From assembly GCA_964234715.1 (NCBI GenBank), contig OZ174275.1: 64,000 nucleotides of DNA; one strand, 5' to 3'. Below, piece by piece: positions 52,575 through 64,000 of the stretch (position 1 is the first letter of the stretch; each line of letters opens with the position of its first letter). The DNA is from Podarcis melisellensis (Eukaryota). The translations under genes and the position numbers were made by a program. The notes under the pieces are model-generated. The model did not search any database and was not told the DNA's origin. It saw nothing but the letters and a program-made list of their open reading frames with translations.

Positions 52575-53160
52575 TGTCAGGGCTCGAATCAGACACAGGT
52601 CAACAATAAAATAAGTAGATATCAGCTATCAGTTAACTCTTTCTGCAAGAAAACGGACATGCAACTTGTGGTCTCAGCAACATGGCCCAGTAGGCCTTGT
52701 CCCTATGAAGCAGTTGCCAGGACTGAAGGTCCCTTCCTTTCACCCTCACTAAAGCTCCTTCTCTCCTGGATGGTTCCCAAGCAGTCTCAAACTGTGTCTG
52801 TGCACCTCTGATCTCTGTTCTGATCTTCTCATTACTTTGCGAGTTCTGGGAGACCAGGGAGGAGGGGAGCTTGCAACAGCAGGAGAGGGAGACTCCCTGG
52901 ATTCTTCAGCAATCTCTTGACGCCCCTCCTCCTCTGCTTTGGCCTCAGAGTCTAAACTGCTTTTCACAGGCTCGTCCTGCTCACTAAACCCTGTTGCCCC
53001 TTCAGCATCCAGCACCATCTTCCAATCTTTTCTCTCTGACCTCTCCTTGGTGTCCTACCACAAATCCCCTGGCTATGAACCTTCCTTCTCCGAGGTTTCC
53101 ATTGGAGGCTCCCCAGTTGCTGCCTCCCACCACACCTCTTTGTCCGGCCAGTCCCTGATA
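52575..53160 (-). mobile_element. Solo LTR (Gypsy/ERV-type), about 586 bp
   Basis: Termini TGTCAGGG ... CCCTGA(T)A give the TG...CA inverted ends of an LTR (one C>T change). No internal gag/pol adjacent. Contains a decayed acidic reading frame on the minus strand. TSD degenerate. Confidence 0.65.
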
Positions 53161-53772
53161 CATATCTATGTTGTCAGTACTGAAAGGAAGAAGAATAAGA
53201 AGAATTTTATCATTTGTACATCGCCCATCTCACTGGGTTGTCCCAGCCACTCTAATAATGCGTTAGATCAGCCTTCACAGTGTCCAGCCATGGGGAGTTG
53301 GAGTACCAAACATCTGGAGAGCACCAGCTTGGCGAAGGCTATGTTAGGTGTTTCACTTAGGGATGCTCAAGCACTAAAGATAGCTCTCTTCTTCCCCAGC
53401 ACTATTGTTTGTATGCAGAAGGACCAATCCACAAATAGTAAATGGTTTCAATTTATAAGAGCTGGTTCACTTAGTTGTTCCAAGATGGGACTAGAGATTT
53501 AAATATCTCCAAAGACCATTCAGATCATTCTAATGGGGCAAGTGCTGCATAAACTATATTCTTAGATAAAATTAATTATGGAACAAAGTTCCATATTTTC
53601 CTTGCCTCCTGTGCCACTACCTCCTGGCATGTGTGCCATTTGTAAAAAAGAAGAAGAAGAATTCGTGTTCGTGTAAAATAAACCCTTTGTACGTGCACAC
53701 ATGCACACATTCTGGTTTTTTTGCTATATAAAGAGATGTCACCATAGCCTGTGGACATTTTGACAGCTCTAT

Positions 53773-53945
53773 GAGAGCTAGTGCAGTGTGTTGGAGGAAT
53801 GAGCTGTGAGATAAATCAGTTTGGATCTCACCTCAACCATGCACTTGGGGAACCTTAGGTGAACCTGTTAGCATCAGCCCTCAGCACCAAAGTAATTTGA
53901 GGTCTACTATATTGGCCTACTATAAAGATTTGTTGCAAGGCTCAC
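53773..53945 (+). mobile_element. Degenerate tRNA-derived SINE
   Basis: GAGAGCTAGTGCAGTGTG head, TTTGGATCTCACCTCAACCATG B-box region, GTTGCAAGG core. Confidence 0.4.
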
Positions 53946-54633
53946 AGCCTATGTGCTTTTACTTGGAAGTTAGGCCCAGTGCCAAGCAAGAATACAATTC
54001 TAGGCATGTCTGCTGATTGCGTTCCAAGTATGGATGAGACACTAGTCCTGCTGATGTTATGTATTTTGTCCCAGAGTGCTTAAATCACCACTAACATCAG
54101 CACGAAAAGAGGGTAGCTCCATCAGGTGCCCTTCTGTGAGGACTGCAGCTACCATGACGATGGCTGTCTGAGAGAAGAACTGTGTGGTGGGAGCAACCCT
54201 GTTCTTCTGGCCAAGACATTGTCACCTGCTCTGTTCCTAGATCTGGTGTTGGATGGAGAGTACTTCCAGGGAGGAACTGGTTTTTATCAAGGACAAGAGA
54301 GACAGAACTTAGGAAGTGTTGTTTATATCAGCCAGCCAGAAATCTGCATAGACACATCTGCATTAGAAGAATGGTCACTTCAAGAACTTGAGCTTGAGCT
54401 TGATTCTGCTTCCTCTCTCATATTCCCTTTTCCTTATGTAAGCTGCTCTGGGAGGGTTTTGACTAAAGTATAGATTAATTTTATCATTTCTGCTTCATAA
54501 ANNNNNNNNNNNNNNNNNNNNNNNNNNNNNNNNNNNNNNNNNNNNNNNNNNNNNNNNNNNNNNNNNNNNNNNNNNNNNNNNNNNNNNNNNNNNNNNNNNN
54601 NNNNNNNNNNNNNNNNNNNNNNNNNNNNNNNNN

Positions 54634-54727
54634 GAGGCTGCACTCCTATACACATCTACTCAAAAGTAAGTCTCATTGAGTTCCATGGGGCTTGCTCCCA
54701 GAGTAGTATATATAGGATTGCAGCCTC
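54634..54727. mobile_element. Short palindromic MITE (GGCTGCAATCCTA...TAGGATTGCAGCC family), best-preserved copy
   Basis: GAGGCTGCACTCCTATA ... TATAGGATTGCAGCCTC arms with an internal AAGTAAGTCTCATTGAGTTCCATGGGGCTTGCT hairpin. Confidence 0.75.
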
Positions 54728-57700
54728 AAGAAAAAATATTTTTAAATGTAAGGTATAAAGACTTCAACTTTCTCCACCAATCTACAGTAAAATGCAACAA
54801 ATGGAATCAAAGCAAAAACTACATCAATAAAACTGTTTCTCAACCCCTTTATACTATTACTCTACAAATGGACGGCATCACTTAACAATATTGTGCATTA
54901 ACAATACAATAAGTTCTCTAATAAGTTTCCATGAAATGACAATTTATTTAAAAACTCATCATTTGTAATTCTATTCTCATAAGACCATTTAGATGCATGG
55001 GTCTTTTCAATTCTAATAGACCTGCTAATAGTCCCTCACAAAAGAATTTATTCAGGCCCTTGACCTCAGATTGATACAACTGCACCACATAATCAGAATT
55101 AAGAGATGAGTCAAAGTAATATTCAGTAGTATCAAGGGGGTCAAACTGGTCCTTCAGCAACCCATGTACCATACATGCGAAGGTGATTTCAAAATCACTG
55201 CAGCAACCCCTTTCCCTTTGTGGTGTCTGAAGCCTTTGTACACACTTTTAGGAACAGTTTTGTCAATAAAATATTTAGCATACTATTCATACAGTCCATA
55301 GATTTTCTTTGTGAAAAGAACAATAGTGGGAAATCACGATTATTATTATTTTTAAGTATACTGAGCGGGATTTACAGGAAGGTCTTAGAGACCTGCCAAT
55401 ATACATTTTTATATTTTAAAGGAACGCAGCAGAAACCCCAGATTCAATTCCACAGCAAATGAAAATAGCTGTAAAGTTATATATAAGAACTGATAATCAG
55501 ATTGAGATTTTCCTACTGCATACGAGTCAGGTAAACAATCACAAATATTTTCTACATATCTCAGGGTGTGAGCAAGTGCCCATTTTGATTGGGGGAGAAG
55601 ATTTGGTCATACAGTGACCACAGTTTGGATGTAACAGTAAGCTATCGCTTCACATTATGTGAATGAGCCTCGGACTTGTGTGCTTTCCCCTATTATTTCT
55701 TCCCTGGAGTGGTTGCAAGAAGATCAAAAGAGTTTGCATCTTTTAAAAACCACTCATTACTCATTATGTCCGAATCTAGGTTTAGCTTTGTGCTTTAGAA
55801 AGGGGTAGGGAACCTTTCCCCTATGACTCACAGGAAAAAAAACAGTTGGGTGTGGCAGCTGGTACCAGGCATAGTAGCAACCAATGTTTGCTCAAGCCAG
55901 AGCCGGGGGGGGGGGGCAAAAAACATATGATCTGCCTCATATAGCTGTCTAGTAGGTAGAAGGAATCAGCAAAAATGAGGTACTCTGACTTTCAGGAATA
56001 AAATGCTTTCTGGTGCAGCAAAGCCACCAATGGATACAACCTATTAATTTCATTAACTCTGTGTTGGGTTATGGCCAAGAGTGTTTTAAAAAACAAAGTG
56101 AAGAGGTCAACTCATCAGCAAATACAGATCCCCTTGCCTCCAAAGTAAAACGCCATCATGAAAATACTTTACACCAGCTTAGGTTCAGGCCCAAAGTGTA
56201 TAAAGGTTTTTCAGAACAGGCTCCTTAATTCCCTTGAATCTGCATTATGTTATGTAGTCTGTTGATGCTTGAATTAATGTGCAAGTTGTTAATCTCTCTA
56301 GACCTGGATTTAAAATTAGACAAAGCAATAATTAGTTTGGCACCATCATTTTGCTACCCAGAGAGTAATAATATAGGTCATAAAATACAAGAGAGCCCAT
56401 TACAAGTTTTTTTTTTAACACATTGTTACTGGGGAAAGATACATAGGTGCAGAAATTTGAAAATAAATTATGGTTAGGCAGCAAAATAAATTAATGGTTT
56501 TTTTGTGAATCCAACCCTATGGCTGATCTTTTTGTTTTTATTAGCATTTTAATGCTAAAGTGGCGAAGCAGCCACATCTAGAACCCTCAAGGAGCTGCTG
56601 TTACCAATTTGCCAAGCACTCCCCTATTGCATCCATGCTGACCTTGACACTGTTGTGGCAAAGTCAGAGAATGATGGGACCTCGGATACCATTGAGCACT
56701 GCTAGGCCAGGCAACTTTCAACTTGTTTCCCCTGAGACTGTGGACTAACTGCTTGGAGTGGTGAGGCTAGTCCTTAAAGACTCCTCATTAAAAAGCCAAA
56801 TTCTTTGGCCGTAGACAATAAATAAATAAATATATTGAAAACAAAATTCAGGATCAGGATTGTGATTGTGATGCACAACAAGCAGTGTTTTAACCATTTC
56901 TCCCCACACCAGTATCAATGACACCCCCCTCCCTAACTGTTGATACTGGTAGTGAAGCTTTCACTGATATTAATATTTAGATTTTCTTACATTGCAATCA
57001 TCACTTTAGAGCCTCATCTGAATGGTTTCTGAATTCTGAGCTTCCCCCACCTCTAAATATTCCAGAAAATGTGCCTAATTACATTCTGAGAATACAAGCC
57101 TGAAACAGGATAAACATGGAATAGCCACATAGAAAGCATAGTCCTTTTGTATGTGCATCTCAGTTTGTTTTCAGGACAAAAGACTGCAGAGGAACAATGC
57201 AATTGCTTGCATTGGCTACTTTGTCCTGCCTTCCAATCACTCTTGCTTTATTTTTAGTTAAACATGAGAGATCAGGAAGTCATCAAATATCATAATTGGT
57301 CTTGATTTCTCAGGATATTTTGAGCTACATGCCATATCCAACAACAGTACATTGGCATTGTATTGAATCATTATGTTAAAATATCTCAGTATCCAGTTGC
57401 ATATATTTTGCAAGTATTTAATTGCATGCAAAAAGCATCACATAGCAACATTAAGTATGTGTGTGTGTATACATAGCACTACACAAGTGCATAAATAAAC
57501 AGAGAGCGGAAGAGATAGGTATAGAATGTAGATTCATTGCTATAAATGCATATATATTCATAACTCATTTAATGCGGAGCTTCTTGTGTAATGCAAGCCA
57601 CTGATACAAAGTTGCTAATGATAATTATAGAAGTGATGCTGATTTAGTCATTTCAAGANNNNNNNNNNNNNNNNNNNNNNNNNNNNNNNNNNNNNNNNNN

Positions 57701-58879
57701 NNNNNNNNNNNNNNNNNNNNNNNNNNNNNNNNNNNNNNNNNNNNNNNNNNNNNNNNNNNNNNNNNNNNNNNNNNNNNNNNNNNNNNNNNNNNNNNNNNNN
57801 NNNNNNNNNNNNNNAACCAGAAACAATAATTTGCAGAAAGCATCTCATGTACCACAGCTGACTGCTGCAATCATTTGGTCAACCTGTTAAAGATCAAACA
57901 GTATTCTTCACTATTCTCAGTGGTATCTTTGTAATAAAGTAGCAGCAAACAGACAATGTTTGCTTCTGGTCAGTTTTAAAGAATGTTCAGTTTATCAGTA
58001 GAGACTTTAATCTCAAGCTTCATAGAGTACAAAGAGAACATTGATCCTACTGTGTTGTCCTTTAGGCCACAAGGCATGAGCATTTTTACATTCATTTGTC
58101 ACAAAGCAAAAAAAGAAAGAAGGAAGTTAATACTTTGAAAACACCAAATGCCATCTTTTAAAACAGAATAATTTCCTATTTCTTTCTCTCTCTCTTTCAT
58201 CCCCCAACTCATCTTTTTTTTTCTTCCTGCTATCTGATTAGGCTTCTGTTCCACCATACTTCACAGTTGTAACTAGTGGAGAAGAGCTCCAGTGCAGGAT
58301 TTCATGATTCTGGATTCCCGCCAAGTCACCCATTAGCTAGTGACCTGGTGCTCGTGTTGAATGGAGCAATATCATTCATACAGGTCCACTGTTTTGGGTT
58401 CTGCTGTGAGTAGCCTACATGAAGAATGGCACTTTACCCCAGTTAGGTAAAGAAATGTGTCACAACCAGAGTAATTATTTCTGGTGAGACCAGGTCTGCA
58501 GATGAAAAGGAATTAGATTAAATTCACACTATGCGTGTCCTGCAGTTTATTTTGCATTTTCATTTACAGAAATAAAACAAAATGAATTACTTCCTTGACC
58601 ATAGAATTGTTACCCCCCCCCCGCAAAAGTTGCTGCAAAAAGAATAGTGTATGCAGCACAATAGGCCTATGCAGGCATATCTTTATCAGAGTGAAGGGCA
58701 ACAAGTATGCCAGCTCTTTCCCCACATTACAGACCCTATTGCTTTCCCATGAGTTGGATCGCTTTTGAAGTGGAACACCTACTCTGCTCATGGAGGTTGC
58801 TCATGACCAGGCCACACTAACCCATGATTTAATTATACAAAACGTTGAGCACTGAAAATGGCTCAGAAAGGTCAGCTGG

Positions 58880-59278
58880 TTCAAAATGTGACCACCAGAT
58901 TCCTGGATGCCAGTGTGGTTTTGACCCCACTTCAAAGTGCTGTTTTTTAAATATATAAAGCCATAAACAATTTGGGCCTGAGCCAGTTGAAGGATTGCAT
59001 GAAGCCACATCAACATGAACATCCTCCAAATTTGCTTCTTTACATTGCTCTGCTGGCAGATTATGTCTCATATCTTTGACTGGGTGTGGTTTTTCATGTT
59101 GTTGTTACTGCCAGCTTAGTAACTTTGGAGATATTGTTGTATTAAATGCTTCTATATATTGTATTGTCGATACCGTATTGAATTTTTATTATGGGAGCTG
59201 CCTTCAGTGGATTGTACTCAGAAAGGCAGCCTATAAATATTAAGAAAAAATAATAATTGATTGATTGATTGATTGATT
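58880..59278 (+). mobile_element. L2-like LINE 3' fragment ending in (TTGA)n
   Basis: TTCAAAGTGCTG...TATAAAGCCATAAACAATTTGGGCC (FKVL-YKA-NNLG motif), then a GAGCTGCCTT...GAAAGGCAGC hairpin and tail. Confidence 0.55.
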
Positions 59279-59657
59279 TCAGGGTTTAAAATCACACAGG
59301 GAGCCTACATGAGTAGGCTGGTTCCCCACTACAAACGCTAGCCTGCAACTGAAGGAGAACAATAAGGGCAGTTATGGGGGCATGGGGTGGAGCTGGGATG
59401 CTCAACCCCACACTCCTTCAGGTAACAGCATTTGGAATTAGGATGACTAAATAGGACTAGTAAATAAATAAATATTCCAATAGGGCATAGGACTGCAGCC
59501 TAAGAACACCTGTATTTCCTATTGGCTGATGCTTAGGTAGATATCCCCTCACTGCTCTTGGTTTTATAATGGGCTCCAGCTGAGCTTCTCATTAGCAGTC
59601 TGTTCCCTCTTCTGTTTTGCATGAAACAATGTGGCATATCTGGTCCTGATCCACCAC

Positions 59658-60075
59658 TAGGTATGAGCGAATCTCTCGATTTCAATTTCTCTCATTTTCT
59701 CAATTTTCCAATCTTAAATTCAGTTCTCAACATTTCTGTTTTTAAAAATCTGTGATTTTTAAAACTTGCTTTGGACATTTTTTTTTTTAGCACTTTAGTG
59801 TGAATTTTCCCCAACAGACATATTTTTGCAAACAGTTTTGACTAATATACACATTTTTGCAAGATATTTCTGCAATATACCGCATACCTGTATATGCTTT
59901 TGCAAATATATGCATCTATATGCACACTTTATCCTAATATACACATTTTTGTACACATCTGTTGGCTGAAGAAGGACCACTCCCATCATCCCTGATCGCT
60001 GGCCATCTTGGTTGGAGATGGTGGGACTTGGAGTCAAACAACATATAGAGGGCATCAGGTTGGTTGGGGAAGGCT
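59658..60075. mobile_element. hAT-like non-autonomous element fragment with internal short repeats, joined to half of a hAT MITE
   Basis: Starts TAGGTATGAGCGAATCT (TAGGGATG-type TIR) and has repeated CTAATATACACATTTTTG units. From about 59975, CTCCCATCATCCCTGA...AACAACATATAGAGGGCATCAGGTTGG matches the MITE family at 52283. Confidence 0.55.
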
Positions 60076-60957
60076 GCCATGGGGTATCAGTAGTTTTGGT
60101 TGGTGTGTTTCCTCTCCTTAAGAATACATCTTCACTGGACAGTTTTCTCTACCAGTGGCCTGCGCTTGCCTGCCCCCCCTTCTTAGCTCTTTCTCTGTTA
60201 TGGTTGAATGTTGGTTCCTCAGCAATGACAGCACATATTGACACCACTAAGGTGCTTTCCTCTGATATGCTTTTACACTTCTAGCACCAATCATATGGCT
60301 TTCTTTTAATTGTGTGTTAGAGCTTGTTTAGTCCAAAGCAATAGTGACAAGATGTCTCTCAAGGCCAGATAATTATCATTTATTTTGTGGTGCCAATAGA
60401 GAGTCTTCAAAATAAGATGAACTCAGGGGTATTGGCATGATTATTATTTTTCAGAGAAGCTATGATCAGCCTTATTCTCAGAAGCAGCCTACAAGAAATC
60501 TGTCAAATTTTGAGGATAACAACCAAATTCCCTCATGCAAATTTTATACTAGGTATCCAGCAGATGTGATCTCTGGTAATGAAATATGTGTATATAAAGC
60601 TTAATTTGGTTGTTCGTATCTCAGGAGGATATTGGGATGGGGGGAAATACCCAACTTGTAACACATGTTGGATTTTGAAAGCCATCCTTATAAACTTATA
60701 TGTGCTTGGCAACTGTGTCCTGTTTAAACTGCAATATTGCCTTGTGCCTAGGTGGGCATCATGCCACTCTAGCAGATGGGCATGAGTTTAAGTGAGCCAG
60801 CATAGTAGTACATACTTTTCAGGGTCCAGACACCTATCATACCTGTAAAAAGCACTGCATCTAGGATTAAAGAGCTATACTAGTCCCCTCTAAATCATAC
60901 ACTGATTTGAACAGATATCTAGGATACAAAGAATGAACGGGACTAAAAGTCAGAACA

Positions 60958-61230
60958 TCTACTATATATTTTTGGAAAATAGTTTGTCTGTCTGTTCTCT
61001 GTAAGTTTGGCTGCCTCTCAGAATATCACCACCAAACTTGGCTTGAGGGTTCCTGAGACGGAGATCTTTGTTGACAGTTGAGTGCTGGGCGCCATTTTAA
61101 ATCAACATGCTGCACCAAAATGTGACTTCATCTGTTTGCTTGCCATAAGTTCATCTACCTCATCACAAAAGTAATCACAAGAACCAAACTGCAAGACTTA
61201 AATGACTCTGAAGGTATTGTACCCTAAGGC
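60958..61230 (+). mobile_element. Possible Helitron-derived 5' fragment
   Basis: A|TCTACTATATAT start followed by a GTTTGTCTGTCTGT microsatellite and CACCAAACTTGG, a layout seen in non-autonomous Helitrons. No 3' CTRR hairpin found. Confidence 0.3.
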
Positions 61231-64000
61231 TGTTGGATGGTGTCTTGTACACCTTTCGACAACTCCTGCAGCCAAGCTGGTGCCAAATGTATTGCTCTGC
61301 TTTCCTTTGGACCACATTAGTGGGGCTGAGAGGGGGATATTGTGTATGGGTAGCTCAGGACCTCCATACACACTCTCCAGGCTTGCGCCCCAGGGACATC
61401 AATTTGGTGCTGCTAATGCAGTGGTTTGACTTCACTCCTGGAGGAGCACTCCATTGTCTCTTGAGACAGATGGATGACAACAATATTGTGTGGAGGGACC
61501 CTCAATGTGTATAGTTACGTAGTTTTCCCTTGCTTGGCTGGCTTTTCTTTCACAGATAGCTGGTGGGGGGGGCAGGGACAGAACAGTGCTGAGACAGATT
61601 GGGACCATAGCAAGTGGGGAGGGGGCTTAATCTTTTGCCGCCAGTGTTGTCCTGATTAGAATCACCCATCCAATTGCTAATCTCACAGGGAGGAAAGCTC
61701 CCCTTGACACCAACGAGAGCTTTCTTCTCATTGCAAATAGCCAGCACTGGGGGAGGAAGAACTGTGGTGGGGCAAATGAAGTTCTTCACACCCTCCCATG
61801 CTTATTAAGCCAAAATAAGCTACAAAATGGCAAAGAATGTGAAAAACTTTTTTTAAAAAAACATTTCTAGTTTTCTTTGTTTTCATTTTTTTCTGTGGAT
61901 TTTATCATACTGCTGCTTTTAGATATGTTATTAGCAACCTTGGAAACATTTGATTGAGAGTCAGGGTTTACATTTCTTAAATACATACATAAATTAGTTC
62001 AGGAAAATATAAACTGGTAGGATTGCGGAGGCATCAGACACTATTATATAAGATGCTTAAGTCTGCATGTACCACACAGTCTCATGAACACTACCACTAT
62101 TGTTTCAGATGAGGATATAGGCCTTTACCACTCCCTTGCAGTTTTATTGACAAATTCCCTTTCTATTTTGTGTAAGAGTTGAAATTCAATGATAAGTCAT
62201 ATAAGCTCGCTCTATAGAGAATCTGTAACACTGCTCCCAGGCACACTGCAATGATTGGAACCACAAGCCAAACACACTTTAGACGCTTAAAAATCTCGCA
62301 ATCTACTGCATATATATAATGGAGCTTTCAGCTAGTACACTGCAGCTACTCATAAATGCATTTGCCTTAGGGGCATGAAATCAGAGTAGTTATTTGTATT
62401 ACACTGAAATAGCCATGGCTACAGAGGAATTTACATAATAAATACACCTGCCTGCTTTAAAACATAGTGTGCAACTTTTGCAATATGTGTGGGTAGTGGT
62501 GGGGGTAGGTTAGAGAGGTATGTGTGTGTAGAAAACAGATGCGGATTTCAAAGTTACCCAAGCAGTTTATTCAAATAAATGCTTGAAATGCTGCTGTGTT
62601 GTATTTTAACATGCAATCATCTGGTAGCCAAAAGATGGTTCCAAATTTACGAATGATATTAAGTAAATTTGGCATTGCAACAAATGCTGTTTACGTTCCA
62701 GTCAATGGTCACTTGTTGTGGCTTTCAAGAAGATTAAAATTTGGTAACTTTGCATCCCTTGTAAGAATGTCTCTTTCAGTATTCAAAATTATACAAAAAC
62801 CAAAAAGAGAAAGAAATATATCAAACACCACAGCACCAGAAGATAGTTTTTAAGTGAACTCAACAACATATATCCTTTTACTCTCTACTTTGTTATAACC
62901 GGTTGCCCTTTTAACAGTAAGAGACCCCTCAGGATATTAAAACATGACTGCAAATGAAAAAAGGTGTTCAGATGCATCCAGTTCATCTGGACATTAAGAG
63001 ATTATGTGTCAGTCTGTTTTTAAAAATGTAAGCAAGTCTGATAACTCAGACCCTCTCCTGATGTTAGCAGTGTGAAAGCCACTACAGCCTGTCTTCTTCC
63101 AGCTCTGCTTCACTAAAGCCAGAAGACCTTGGCCATATAAGAGGGAGCCCACAGCATGGTTCCATTTCCATGTCCTTCCTTTCAGAAACTGGAACTTTAC
63201 ATATACCAAGCTACTTCACACCATAGAGATGCTTAAAGTTGCCGGGGAGACAACCTAAAATTCAGTCTAATTTTGTGACTTGCAAATATCAAAAGCTACA
63301 CAGTCTTTCTGACATAATAGAGCCCTCTTGCATTAACTGTGCTGATTAATACAACATAGTAAGGGTAACATATTTCATAGGATGGACTTTGTAACAGTAT
63401 ATGAGCTCTTAATCCAATAACTAGAGGGTTTTGTACAACTCAAAAGCATACATATTCTTTACACCGAAAGAGGTCTAATAAAACATTTAGCACGCCTATT
63501 TTTCATTGCATATATTCTACAACATCTAAGCAACAGCTGCCTATTTCAGCCTTAAATAGTGGCCAGTGCCGGCTTAGTCTTGGGTAAGCTTTGTTTGATT
63601 TATGAGAATCCTCTGAAGATTGATGTGAGATAGCATAGTCTTTTATCTGGTTGGTCTTCTGTCTTTCTGGTTTGGCTTAATTCCTTACAACACTTTTGAC
63701 TAGCGCTGCCTGTATTCTCAAGGCAGAGTTTTCTGTTCTTCTTCTTTTTTTAACCACAAGATCATTCACAAGATTCCATGTTTCTAATTTACTGAAAGTC
63801 GCAAATCCTTGCCACACTCTCACAATAATGTCTGTATTATAAATTATTTGAACTCTTGCAGTCAATCACTTTCAAACACAAAGGTAACATGGCAGCACAT
63901 CTTCCCAAAGGGATGCTGCCTTCTGTCGTTGACTCCAGATATCTAAAATGAGACAAGAATGACACACTGAACATTTCAGCATGGTGATTTCCTGGTTATT

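Noticed and set aside
52939-53502. 187-aa + strand ORF
   Set aside because: Antisense shadow of the LTR frame continuing into MITE-derived sequence; no ATG start or domain.
54126-54473. 115-aa ORF adjacent to a masked block
   Set aside because: GTG start, no recognisable family and no convincing splice sites; cannot be supported as coding.
1-64000. tRNA, rRNA, snoRNA, known miRNA, CRISPR array or prokaryotic system; a specific gene symbol for the locus
   Set aside because: No recognisable structural RNA gene (tRNA-like boxes belong to decayed SINEs) and no repeat-spacer array; the DNA is vertebrate intronic/intergenic. I could not match the exon sequences to a named gene with confidence, so no symbol is given.

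Overview
Vertebrate genomic DNA, most likely from a squamate (lacertid-type lizard). This is inferred from the repeat landscape: TA-flanked Tc1/mariner-pogo MITEs, hAT-type MITEs, tRNA-derived SINEs, and CR1, L2 and RTE LINE fragments. No intact protein-coding exon could be supported; the ORF track is chance ORFs, ORFs bridged by N-runs, or decayed retroelement ORF2 pieces. The window is organised around a CpG-island promoter at about 46.7-48.5 kb. It appears to drive a minus-strand transcript with non-coding 5' exons: exon 1 ends at 47315 (CAG|GTAAGA), and there is a 59-nt exon at 29462-29520 and weaker candidate exons at 22023-22103 and 1401-1417. The transcript runs off the left edge with no CDS visible, which suggests the long 5'-UTR region of a large regulatory gene or a lncRNA host; I could not identify the gene. 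Nine short N-runs (132-180 nt, with strongly quantised lengths) mostly lie in motif-dense, repeat-poor sequence and look like deliberate masking, possibly of deeply conserved elements, rather than assembly gaps. Other notable items are PBX-HOX/MEIS and octamer motif clusters, a strong-Kozak uORF confined to one small exon, a possible divergent spliced transcript, and a solo LTR carrying a decayed Trp/acidic reading frame. I found no evidence for a wholly new biological system; the findings are hypotheses to test.
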